Assembly: GCA_903857795.1 (NCBI GenBank)
Contig: CAIOGM010000077.1
Span: 15,121 to 79,120 of the forward strand
Length of the DNA stretch: 64,000 nt
Direction: 5' to 3'
Source: an uncultured Geobacter sp.
GTDB taxonomy: Bacteria > Desulfobacterota > Desulfuromonadia > Geobacterales > CAIOGM01
Position numbers and translations under genes: made by a program. The notes under the pieces were generated by a model. It had not been told where the DNA came from, did no database searches, and saw only the letters and a program-made list of their open reading frames with translations. Position 1 is the first letter of the stretch; every line of letters begins with the position of its first letter. Below, one piece after another: positions 56,020 through 64,000 of the stretch.

Positions 56020-56155
56020 GATTTTTTCCTCTCTCGTAAAATGTGTTGCCAACGTACTGATTAGGACGTGACATAAACGAAAAAGGTTACAAGCGTTTGC
56101 GTCAAAAAATAGTATCAGCTGTAAGCTATTGATTTTAACCTGGAGATGTGAAGCT

Positions 56156-56491
56156 CTACTTCATTATTATGGTTTTCATCTTGCCGATGAGCAGGCATGT
56201 TACGGTATAAATAAAAGCATACGTGAATGAATTCCACTCGTAAAGATTGGTATTTATACTGTATCCGTCGTAATAATCAGCAAACAGCTTTACGATCACA
56301 ACTTCAGATACGCAAAGCAATCCGACCCACATACTCGTATACCAGGTGGTGACACCTATGAATATGAAATATATTAAATCTATTGAAACGTCACCGGTCA
56401 TATAGTCTATGTAGCCGAGAGATAGCGCCATGCATGTCAGCAGCGTTACGGATGTGACTATGCTGCAGGTTGATTTTTTGGACACACTCAT
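56156..56491 (-). CDS. Orphan 111-aa integral membrane protein in a low-GC pocket
   Basis: About 4 TM helices. The block YIDYMTGDVSIDLIYFIFIGVTTWY resembles N-terminal membrane sensor modules of signalling proteins. The start at ATG 56491 follows GGAGGA. The line 56161-56220 has 21/60 G+C. Confidence 0.45.
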   Translation of the reverse strand: MSVSKKSTCSIVTSVTLLTCMALSLGYIDYMTGDVSIDLIYFIFIGVTTWYTSMWVGLLCVSEVVIVKLFADYYDGYSINTNLYEWNSFTYAFIYTVTCLLIGKMKTIIMK

Positions 56492-56631
56492 AAATCCTCC
56501 GACCATGGTCGGTTGTCGGTTTGAAGGGGGTGGCGAATGGCGGCCGGAACAGTTTGACCTCTCTACGCTGTGAGACTCCGCATAACGGGGAAAGTTACAT
56601 GGCGATGATATTTTTCCGACAACGCACCGCT

Positions 56632-57756
56632 CTATGATGAGGGGGAGCGTCGGGGTGAGCGGGCGGGCTGAGGCGAGGTTGCGGGTGACGCCGAGATGCG
56701 CAGATCCTGGGCCCTGTTGATGGTCGATCCGGGCACCGGGCCCAGGTTGAGAATTTTCAGCGCCAGATTGGCCAGCTCGCCGTTGCGGATCGGCTGAAGC
56801 GGAGCGGCGTAGGAGGGGCGTTTGTCTCCCGGATCAGCCCGTCTCCCCCGGTTGAGGCGGTAGAGGTCGACCCCGGCGCCGGCGTCGGGTCCCCAGACGT
56901 AGAAGGGGATGGTGTAGTCGAGAGGGGCGTTGCTTGCTGCGTGATTGGTCCCCTCCCCGCCGTGATCGGCCGTCAGGATGATCTCGGTCTTGCCGCGAAG
57001 GAGCGGATTGTCCCGAATCAGGGTGAAGATCATCCCCAGACAGCTGTCCACACTCTTCAGCGCGTCATCGTAGTCGCTGCTCCCCCACCCTTTGGCATGA
57101 CCGGCTGCGTCGGCATCGGCGTAGTGGAGCAGCACATAATTGAACGGGGCGCTCCCCATGGCGGTGATGAAGCCGGCGGTGAGCGCCCGGGAGTCGGGAT
57201 TGTAGACGTAGGCATCGATCTTGTTCCGGCCGTTGTCCGGGCCGGTGCGGTCTGAAGCGCCATTGCCGTGGTTGTAGGAGTGGTCGAACAGGATGAATTT
57301 GCTTTTCGTGGTATAGAGCGCCGTGCGCAGGCCATGGTCGTGGACCACATCAAAGACGGACGAGATGTAGCTCCCCTTGTTGTCCTGCAGTGAGTAGTCG
57401 GGAGTCCGGGGGCTCTCTGCCGGGTCGACGTTGACGAGCCAGCCATGACCCGCAACGCCGATCACCCCCCGGCCGGTGACCATGGTGACATGGTTGGGGA
57501 GGGTGATCGTGTAATCGTAGTCGGTACGGGCGTTGTTGGTCCACACCCCTTCCTTCTGGAGACGTCTGAAGTTCGGCAGCTGATTCTGTTCCATCAGGTT
57601 CCGGAGGTAGCCTGCTCCGCCGCCATCGATGCTGATCTCGATGACGTAGCGCGCCTCTCCTGCCGCCGCCGGCAGGGGGGAGGTGGAGAGGCTGAGAGCG
57701 ATGGCGATCAGCGTCAGACGGAGATACCGGAGGAGGGGGATGAGCTGTGGGTGCAT
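56632..57756 (-). CDS. Secreted alkaline-phosphatase-superfamily enzyme (type I phosphodiesterase / nucleotide pyrophosphatase-like)
   Basis: Signal peptide, ISIDGGGAGYL, TLPNHVTMVTG and TADHGG. Confidence 0.7.
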   Translation of the reverse strand: MHPQLIPLLRYLRLTLIAIALSLSTSPLPAAAGEARYVIEISIDGGGAGYLRNLMEQNQLPNFRRLQKEGVWTNNARTDYDYTITLPNHVTMVTGRGVIGVAGHGWLVNVDPAESPRTPDYSLQDNKGSYISSVFDVVHDHGLRTALYTTKSKFILFDHSYNHGNGASDRTGPDNGRNKIDAYVYNPDSRALTAGFITAMGSAPFNYVLLHYADADAAGHAKGWGSSDYDDALKSVDSCLGMIFTLIRDNPLLRGKTEIILTADHGGEGTNHAASNAPLDYTIPFYVWGPDAGAGVDLYRLNRGRRADPGDKRPSYAAPLQPIRNGELANLALKILNLGPVPGSTINRAQDLRISASPATSPQPARSPRRSPSS

Positions 57757-57890
57757 TGACTATCCTTGGAACCTGATGGCGATCGGCTGAACGTGGCGCA
57801 AGAGTAGCAGAGTGTCGGCCTGAAGAAAACCGTAAGGTTATGCGCAACAAAAAAACATGCCGTCAATCTGAACGTAGTTTTCCTCCTGGA

Positions 57891-58282
57891 TCCCACGCTG
57901 GAGCGTCAGTTGTAGGCCGGATCAAGCGCAGCGGATCCGGCGGGGTGGCTGAAATTTAGGCAAAATAACGCCGGTTCCGCTACGCTTGAACCGGCCTACG
58001 CCTCTTTTTTCCATCGTTCCCACGCTCCAGCGTGGAAACGCAGCCGGTGACGCTCCAGCGTCAGACAGTGACAACGAGATGAATCCGGTCGCCGGAAAAT
58101 CCGCCGCTGGAGCGGCGTGGCACCAGTTCCCACGCTGGAGCGTGGGAACCATGAATGAGAAAGATCTTGTAGGAGCGGCCTATGGCCGTGAACTCCCAAT
58201 AGCATTCGCGGCCATAGGCCGCTCCTACAGGGTGGCAGATACTCCCATCGTTCCCACGCTCCAGCGTCAGACAGTGACAACG
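57891..58282. repeat. Cluster of several REP-like palindromic elements (BIME-like)
   Basis: GTTCCCACGCTCCAGCGTGG(G/A)AAC-type palindromes at about 58015, 58127 and 58250. A 30-bp inverted repeat GTAGGCCGGATCAAGCGCAGCGGATCCGGC lies at 57912-58009. The GTAGGAGCGGCCTATGGCCG inverted repeat lies at 58169-58228. Confidence 0.8.
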
Positions 58283-58320
58283 TGAACATTCAGGAGTGCT
58301 CTCCTCAGATTCGTTTCCGC

Positions 58321-58349
58321 TTGACGCGGGATGGTGCGGGTGCTAAAGT
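58321..58349 (+). promoter_or_regulatory. Sigma-70-type promoter of the pyr operon
   Basis: TTGACG, a 17-nt spacer, then TAAAGT. Confidence 0.5.
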
Positions 58350-58374
58350 GCGTCAGTTTTCAACTCGGCGATTT

Positions 58375-58479
58375 CCCGACCTTTTAACTTAACCCGTGAG
58401 GTTAGCAAAGGCGCACCATGAAGAACCCCCCGGAATACTTGAAGGAGCCTGTCCGCACTTACGCGGCGGCTCTTTTTTT
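58375..58479 (+). promoter_or_regulatory. PyrR-binding leader (attenuator) with intrinsic terminator
   Basis: CCUUUUAACUUAACCCGUGAGGUUAGCAAAGG resembles the PyrR binding loop (..CC.G.GAGG..GCAA.GG). It is followed by the hairpin GGAGCC...GGCUC and U7 (58444-58479). Confidence 0.55.
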
Positions 58480-58483
58480 GTGA

Positions 58484-59062
<579 letters not shown>

Positions 59063-59063
59063 C

Positions 59064-60014
59064 ATGGGAGATGCCGGGGTGTTCAATCACAAACATATCA
59101 TTGCCCTGCGGGACCTCTCCGCCGATGACATCCGGCTCCTGCTGACCACGGCGGAGAATCTCAAGGAGATCAACAGTCGGGATATCAAGAAGGTGCCGAC
59201 GTTGCGGGGAAAGACCATCATCAACCTCTTCTACGAGGCGTCTACCCGGACCCGCACCTCCTTCGAGATCGCGGCCAAACGGCTCTCCGCCGACACGGTG
59301 AATATCTCTCCCTCAACCAGCTCCTCAACCAAGGGGGAGACCCTCTCGGATACGGCGCTGAACCTGCTGGCCATGAAGCCGGATATCATCGTCATGCGCC
59401 ATAATGTCTCCGGCGCCCACTACTTCCTGGCCAAGCGGCTCTCCTGCTCCATCATCAACGCCGGCGACGGTGCCCATGAACACCCCTCTCAGGGTCTTCT
59501 GGATATGCTGACCATGAAGGAGCGGTTCGGCCGCCTGGACGGGCTCAAGGTGGCCATCGTGGGGGACATTACCCACAGTCGTGTGGCCCGCTCCAATATC
59601 CAGGGGCTCACCAAGATGGGTTCCCAGATCTTCGTGGCCGGCCCCCCCACCATGATGCCACCCGGGGTGGAGCGTCTCGGGAACGTGACGGTCTGCAACG
59701 ATATGCGCGAGGCGGTGGATGGCGCCGACGTGGTGATGATGCTCCGGATCCAGCTGGAGCGGCAGGGAAAGACGCTGCTCCCCACCATGAAGGAGTACTC
59801 CCGCTACTACGGCCTCAACAGGGAAACGTTGAAGCTGGCCCGGCCCGATGCCATGGTCATGCACCCCGGTCCCATCAACCGCGGGGTGGAGCTCTCCTCG
59901 GAGGTGGCCGACTGCGATCAGTCTCATATTCTGAACCAGGTGGAGAACGGCGTGGCGGTCCGGATGGCCATGCTCTACCATGTCTGCGGCGGTGGAGCGG
60001 TTGAGGCAGGTTGA
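59064..60014 (+). CDS. pyrB: Aspartate carbamoyltransferase catalytic subunit
   Basis: [17 protein letters not shown] and HPGPINRG. Confidence 0.9.
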   Translation: MGDAGVFNHKHIIALRDLSADDIRLLLTTAENLKEINSRDIKKVPTLRGKTIINLFYEASTRTRTSFEIAAKRLSADTVNISPSTSSSTKGETLSDTALNLLAMKPDIIVMRHNVSGAHYFLAKRLSCSIINAGDGAHEHPSQGLLDMLTMKERFGRLDGLKVAIVGDITHSRVARSNIQGLTKMGSQIFVAGPPTMMPPGVERLGNVTVCNDMREAVDGADVVMMLRIQLERQGKTLLPTMKEYSRYYGLNRETLKLARPDAMVMHPGPINRGVELSSEVADCDQSHILNQVENGVAVRMAMLYHVCGGGAVEAG

Positions 60015-60044
60015 GGTTGAGGTTGAGGTAGAGGTAGAGGTGGA
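60009..60044 (+). repeat. Hexamer array (GGTTGA)3 (GGTAGA)2 GGTGGA at the pyrB stop, followed by a G-run
   Basis: Counted directly. Further GGTGGA and GGTTGA copies lie at 59991 and 59999 inside the last pyrB codons. Confidence 0.8.
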
Positions 60045-60056
60045 GGGGGGGGCAGC

Positions 60057-60275
60057 ATGGAACTGTTCGTTAATCTCCAGATTGAAAGACTTCCTGAAGG
60101 CTACTTCCTCGCAACGGCTGATGATGTTCAGGGCCTAGTCGCCCAGGGGAGAACCCTGGCCGAGACTCTTGAAATTGCACGTGATATCGCGAGAAGTCTA
60201 GTCGAAGCACGTACTGAACGCCATCTTGAACAGCACCCGTCTGTTGAATCTGATGAGTTCCTTACGGTGTCATGA
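60057..60275 (+). CDS. Orphan HicB-like (UPF0150) protein inserted between pyrB and pyrC
   Basis: LPEGYFLATADDVQGLVAQGRTLAETLEIARDIARSLVEA fits the HicB N-domain pattern. No hicA-like ORF lies on either side. Confidence 0.55.
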   Translation: MELFVNLQIERLPEGYFLATADDVQGLVAQGRTLAETLEIARDIARSLVEARTERHLEQHPSVESDEFLTVS

Positions 60276-60312
60276 TAAATTGTGGTTTTACTAATATAGC
60301 GGGAGGTGAAGA

Positions 60313-61590
60313 ATGAATCTTCTTATTACAGGGGGGCGGGTGATCGATCCGTCCCAGGGGCTCGACGGCATAGTGGATCTGCTCATCGTCGATGGTAAGG
60401 TTTCCGCGCTGGGGGAAGGGCTCACCGCGCCTGCCGGCAGCCGGGTGATCGATGCGCAGGGGCTTATCGTCACCCCCGGTCTCATCGATATGCACGTTCA
60501 TTTGAGAGACCCGGGGCTGGAGTACAAGGAAGACATCATCTCCGGGACCAGGGCCGCGGCCGCCGGAGGGTTTACCTCGCTCTGCTGCATGCCCAACACC
60601 AAACCGGTCATCGATAACAAGACCGTCGCTTCTTACGTGGTGAACAAGGCGAGGGCCGCGGGGTTTGCCAACGTCTTTCCGGCCGGTTCCATCACCCAGG
60701 GGAGCAAGGGGGAGAGCCTGTCGGAGATGGGGGAGCTGAAAGAGGCGGGGTGCGTGGCGGTCACCGACGACGGCAGGCCGGTGGTGAGCGGCGAGCTGAT
60801 GCGGCGAGCCCTGGAGTACGCCCGGGGGATGGGGCTCGTGGTCATCAGCCACGCAGAGGATCCTTCCCTGGCGGCAGACGGGGTGATGAACGACGGCTAC
60901 GTGGCCACCGAGCTGGGGCTGAAAGGGATCCCCTGGGTGGCCGAAGACTCGGCCACCGCCCGTGATGTTTACCTGTCGGAGCTGACCGGTTCGGCGCTCC
61001 ATGTGGCCCATGTCTCCACCAAGGGATCGGTCCGGATCATCCGCAACGCCAAGGCCCGGGGGGTAAGGGTAACCTGCGAGACGGCGCCCCACTACTTCAT
61101 CCTCACCGACGAGGCGGTCCGCGGCTACAACACCAACGCCAAGATGAATCCCCCCTTGAGGAGCGAAGAGGACCGGCAGGCCATCCGCCAGGGGCTGGCG
61201 GACGGGACCATCGACGCCATCGCCACTGATCATGCCCCGCACCACAAGGACGAGAAGGATCTGGAGTTCAACTTGGCCATGAACGGCATCCTCGGCCTGG
61301 AGAGCTCGCTGCCGCTGTCGTTGCGGCTGGTGGCCGATGGGGTGCTGACCCTGCCGGAACTGGTGGAGAAGATGTCCTGCGCCCCGGCCAGGATCCTGGG
61401 GCTCTCAAGGGGGAGTCTCGAGCCGGGGAGCGTAGCAGACATCACCGTCATCGACCCGGAGCTGGAGTGGACCATGGAGGCCGAAAAGCTGGCCAGTAAG
61501 TCCAAGAATTCCCCCTTTATCGGCTGGGAGCTGAAGGGGAAGGCGGCATATACCATCCTCGCGGGGAAGATCGTAACTGCCAGAGGATAA
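60313..61590 (+). CDS. pyrC: Dihydroorotase
   Basis: [10 protein letters not shown], ...HVAHVST... and TDHAPH. Confidence 0.9.
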   Translation: MNLLITGGRVIDPSQGLDGIVDLLIVDGKVSALGEGLTAPAGSRVIDAQGLIVTPGLIDMHVHLRDPGLEYKEDIISGTRAAAAGGFTSLCCMPNTKPVIDNKTVASYVVNKARAAGFANVFPAGSITQGSKGESLSEMGELKEAGCVAVTDDGRPVVSGELMRRALEYARGMGLVVISHAEDPSLAADGVMNDGYVATELGLKGIPWVAEDSATARDVYLSELTGSALHVAHVSTKGSVRIIRNAKARGVRVTCETAPHYFILTDEAVRGYNTNAKMNPPLRSEEDRQAIRQGLADGTIDAIATDHAPHHKDEKDLEFNLAMNGILGLESSLPLSLRLVADGVLTLPELVEKMSCAPARILGLSRGSLEPGSVADITVIDPELEWTMEAEKLASKSKNSPFIGWELKGKAAYTILAGKIVTARG

Positions 61591-61595
61591 CCATT

Positions 61596-61645
61596 GTAGG
61601 GGCGACGCACGCGTCGTCCGAGGGCACGGCACGCCGTGCCCCTAC
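61596..61645. repeat. GTAG-[palindrome]-[palindrome]-CTAC composite element after pyrC
   Basis: GTAGGGGCGACGCACGCGTCG...GGGCACGGCacGCCGTGCCCCTAC. Confidence 0.75.
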
Positions 61646-61679
61646 GAAATGTCAAAACGACAACGTGATGGGGTAATTC

Positions 61680-62804
61680 ATGAAAGCAACTCTTGCGCTC
61701 GCCGATGGGCGCATCTTTGAAGGAAAATCCTTTGGCGCCACCGGCGAGGCGTTTGGTGAGGTGGTCTTCAACACCGCCCTGACCGGTTATCAGGAGGTGC
61801 TCACCGACCCTTCCTACAAGGGGCAGATGGTCACCATGACCTATCCCCAGATTGGCAACACCGGCATCAACCCCGAAGACGTGGAGAGCGCCCGGCTCTA
61901 CCTCTCCGGTTTCATCGTCAAGGAGTACCTGGATTTCCCCTCCAACTGGCGCGCCACCATGAGCCTGGACGGCTATCTCAAGGAGAACGGCATCGTCGGA
62001 ATTCAGGGGCTGGACACCCGGGCGCTGACCCGGCACCTGCGGGACAAGGGGGCCCAGAACGGGATTATCTCCACGACGGACCACGATCACGATAGTCTTG
62101 TCGGCAAGGCCCGGGCCGTGCCGAGCATGGCCGGACTCGACCTGGCTTCCGGCGTCACCTGCGAAAAGCCCTATCACTGGTCCGAAAAGCTCTGGGATCT
62201 GGAGAGGGGATACACCGAGGCGGTTCCGGCTGAACTGACCTATAAGGTGGTGGCTTACGACTTTGGCATCAAGCTGAATATCCTCCGCTGTCTCGTCTCC
62301 GCCGGCTGCGACGTGACCGTGGTCCCTGCCACCTTCCCGGCTGAAGAGGCCCTGGCTATGAATCCTGACGGCGTCTTCCTCAGCAACGGTCCCGGTGATC
62401 CGGAGCCGATGATCGAAGTCGTGGAAAACCTCAGGAAGTTTGTCGGCAAGAAACCGATCTTCGGCATCTGTCTCGGCCATCAGCTCCTGGGGCTGGCCCT
62501 GGGGGGGAAGACCGTGAAGCTGAAGTTCGGCAACCATGGGTCGAACCTTCCGGTCATGGACCTGGCTACCCGCAAGGTGGAGATAACTGCCCAGAACCAC
62601 GGCTTTTCCGTGGATATCGACTCCCTGGCCGGCGTCTGCTGTCTGGCCCACGAGAACCTCAATGATCAGACCGTGGAGGGGTTGCGCCACTGCGAGCTCC
62701 CCATCTTCTCGGTCCAGCATCACCCCGAGGCCTCCCCCGGGCCCCACGACTCCCACTACCTCTTCGGCCGGTTCGTGGAGATGATGGAGAAAGGTAAATC
62801 GTAG
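61680..62804 (+). CDS. carA: Carbamoyl-phosphate synthase small (glutaminase) subunit
   Basis: FNTALTGYQE, GICLGHQLL catalytic Cys and the HHPE triad. Confidence 0.9.
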   Translation: MKATLALADGRIFEGKSFGATGEAFGEVVFNTALTGYQEVLTDPSYKGQMVTMTYPQIGNTGINPEDVESARLYLSGFIVKEYLDFPSNWRATMSLDGYLKENGIVGIQGLDTRALTRHLRDKGAQNGIISTTDHDHDSLVGKARAVPSMAGLDLASGVTCEKPYHWSEKLWDLERGYTEAVPAELTYKVVAYDFGIKLNILRCLVSAGCDVTVVPATFPAEEALAMNPDGVFLSNGPGDPEPMIEVVENLRKFVGKKPIFGICLGHQLLGLALGGKTVKLKFGNHGSNLPVMDLATRKVEITAQNHGFSVDIDSLAGVCCLAHENLNDQTVEGLRHCELPIFSVQHHPEASPGPHDSHYLFGRFVEMMEKGKS

Positions 62805-62847
62805 GGGCGCATGGCATGCGCCCAGGGCGGACGCCGTCCGCCCCTAC
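62801..62847. repeat. GTAG-[GGGCGCATGgCATGCGCCC]-a-[GGGCGGACGcCGTCCGCCC]-CTAC composite element; its GTAG contains the carA stop codon
   Basis: Read directly. There are two 9-bp-arm palindromes. Confidence 0.8.
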
Positions 62848-62856
62848 ACGAAACCC

Positions 62857-63759
62857 ATGCGCTACCTTGAACTTTATCACTCCGGCGAACTACTTCAACG
62901 GGTCCGGGTCGCCTACGGGCGGCTGCGGCGCTGCGACCTCTGCCCCCACGACTGCGGGGTTGACCGGATCGCCGGCGAGAGCGGACTCTGCCGGGCCGGG
63001 TTCCGCCCGCGTATCGCCTCGGCCACCCTCCATCGCGGTGAAGAGCCGCCGATCTCCGGGAGTCGCGGATCAGGAACCATCTTTCTCACCGGCTGCAGCC
63101 TTGCGTGCCGCTTCTGTCAGAACTTTCCCATCAGTCAGTTGGGCAACGGCGCGGAGTTGACCCCTCTGGGGCTGGCCAACCGGATGCTCAAGCTCCAGGG
63201 GATGAAGGCCCACAACATCAACTTCGTGACTCCAACCCACTTCCTGCCGCAGCTCCTGGCGGCGCTCTACCTGGCAGTCGCCAGAGGATTCACTCTCCCT
63301 CTGGTCTGGAACTCCAGCGGTTACGAGAAGGTGAATAGCTTGAAGCTGCTGGACGGGGTGGTAGAGATCTATCTGCCGGACATGAAGTATTCCGACAATG
63401 AGACGGCTCAGGCCTTTTCTTGCGCCCCCGGCTACCGGGAGGTGAACCGGAGCGCTCTGGCCGAGATGCTCCGGCAGGTGGGGCAGCTGGAGCTGGATGA
63501 CGATGGTGTGGCGGTGAGGGGGCTCATCATCCGGCATCTGGTGCTGCCGTACGGGGCAGCCGGTACCCGGGAGAGCCTCCCCTGGATTGCCGAGAACCTG
63601 GGGGTGGAGACGTACATCTCGCTCATGAAGCAGTTCTTCCCTGCCCACCGGGCCCTGGAGACGCCGGGGCTGGAGCGCAAGGTCACTGACGGGGAGTATG
63701 ACGACGCGGTCGCGGCCCTGGAAGGCGCCGGGCTGGAGAACGGCTGGGTGCAGGAGTAG
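62857..63759 (+). CDS. Radical SAM protein, PflX-like (pyruvate formate-lyase activase homologue)
   Basis: HRGEEPPISGSRGSGTIFLTGCSLACRFCQN, which contains the CxxxCxxC motif. Confidence 0.75.
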   Translation: MRYLELYHSGELLQRVRVAYGRLRRCDLCPHDCGVDRIAGESGLCRAGFRPRIASATLHRGEEPPISGSRGSGTIFLTGCSLACRFCQNFPISQLGNGAELTPLGLANRMLKLQGMKAHNINFVTPTHFLPQLLAALYLAVARGFTLPLVWNSSGYEKVNSLKLLDGVVEIYLPDMKYSDNETAQAFSCAPGYREVNRSALAEMLRQVGQLELDDDGVAVRGLIIRHLVLPYGAAGTRESLPWIAENLGVETYISLMKQFFPAHRALETPGLERKVTDGEYDDAVAALEGAGLENGWVQE

Positions 63760-63791
63760 TTCGCCCGGTCATACCGAAACGGAGGTGAAGA

Positions 63792-64000
63792 ATGCCCGCG
63801 CTGATTTCGCTCCTGAAGTGCTGCGCCGCCATCGAGCGGGAGAGTGCGGAGCTCTATCACTGGTTCAGCGACCTGTTTCATGAAGACAGGCGGGCGGCGA
63901 TCCTCTGGAAGAAGAGCGCCATGGAGGAGGAGAATCACGAGAGCCAGTTCCTCCTGGCTGAGAAACTGGCCGATTCTATGCTGGCGATTCCGCTCCAGGA
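63792..64000 (+). CDS. Ferritin-like/rubrerythrin-like protein, N-terminal part (runs off the window)
   Basis: IERESAELY ... MEEENHESQF is an E...ExxH diiron helix pair. GGAGGTGAAGAATG forms the initiation region. Confidence 0.45.
   Translation, partial: MPALISLLKCCAAIERESAELYHWFSDLFHEDRRAAILWKKSAMEEENHESQFLLAEKLADSMLAIPLQ

Noticed and set aside
57922-58289. ORFs of 76-99 aa inside the REP cluster (translations such as VPTLQRGN).
   Set aside because: They are composed of palindromic repeat sequence readable on both strands, so they are not genes.

Overview
This is a high-GC chromosomal segment (sampled 60-nt lines run 60-67% G+C). Gene content and synteny look deltaproteobacterial and Geobacter-like, but that is inference only because no database search was possible. 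All protein calls rest on motifs I recognise in the supplied translations.

Gene order:
- 1-5.3 kb: AI-2E transporter (partial), copA, a SIMPL/DUF541 protein and a UbiD-family decarboxylase.
- 5.4-12 kb: exopolysaccharide / PEP-CTERM locus. It holds a SPOR-like gene broken at a G10 tract, a Wza-like exporter, a Wzc-like tyrosine kinase, a CpsB-like phosphatase and a PEP-CTERM protein behind a sigma-54 promoter.
- 12-18 kb (minus strand): hemerythrin, a UDP-xylose synthase-like gene, ugd, tgt, DUF192 and an orphan DUF4338 (DruA-like) gene.
- 18-25.9 kb: ykgJ-like gene, ppx/gppA, IPT/TIG protein, lptG-lptF, a crotonase, a ferritin-like protein and a short Ppx-like ATPase.
- 26-38 kb: an iorA-iorB-paaK-[hicB/hicA remnant]-ACT-two binding proteins-livHMGF-paaK supercluster.
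- 38-39.3 kb: a decayed toxin-antitoxin/defence islet.
- 39.3-45.4 kb: YqeG-like phosphatase, GspB-like/ExeA-like/Rrf2 genes, dapF, a HIT protein and nfo.
- 45.5-54.3 kb: two translationally coupled giant hybrid histidine kinases.
- 54.4-58.3 kb: accessory patch with parDE plus two small genes, a Spy/CpxP-like protein, a low-GC orphan membrane gene, a phosphodiesterase and a REP cluster.
- 58.3-64 kb: pyrR (with attenuator)-pyrB-[orphan hicB-like]-pyrC-carA, a PflX-like radical SAM gene and a partial ferritin-like gene.

No rRNA gene, tRNA gene, CRISPR array or intact transposase was seen.

The most unusual signal is not a protein system. It is a family of perfect-phase heptanucleotide tandem arrays (GAACCYW)n at five loci:
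- Two sit inside the liv operon. Each is closed by an inverted copy and runs into the next start codon.
- One is embedded in frame in the CpsB-like phosphatase gene.
- One abuts the ykgJ stop codon on the upstream side of the DUF4338 gene.
- One lies upstream of ugd.

Secondary candidates:
- the orphan DruA-like DUF4338 gene with a palindrome over its ribosome-binding site;
- the G10 frameshift in the SPOR-like gene;
- GTAG...CTAC double-palindrome elements that supply stop codons;
- HicB-type insertions inside conserved operons.

I do not see a complete multi-gene system that I can confidently call novel.
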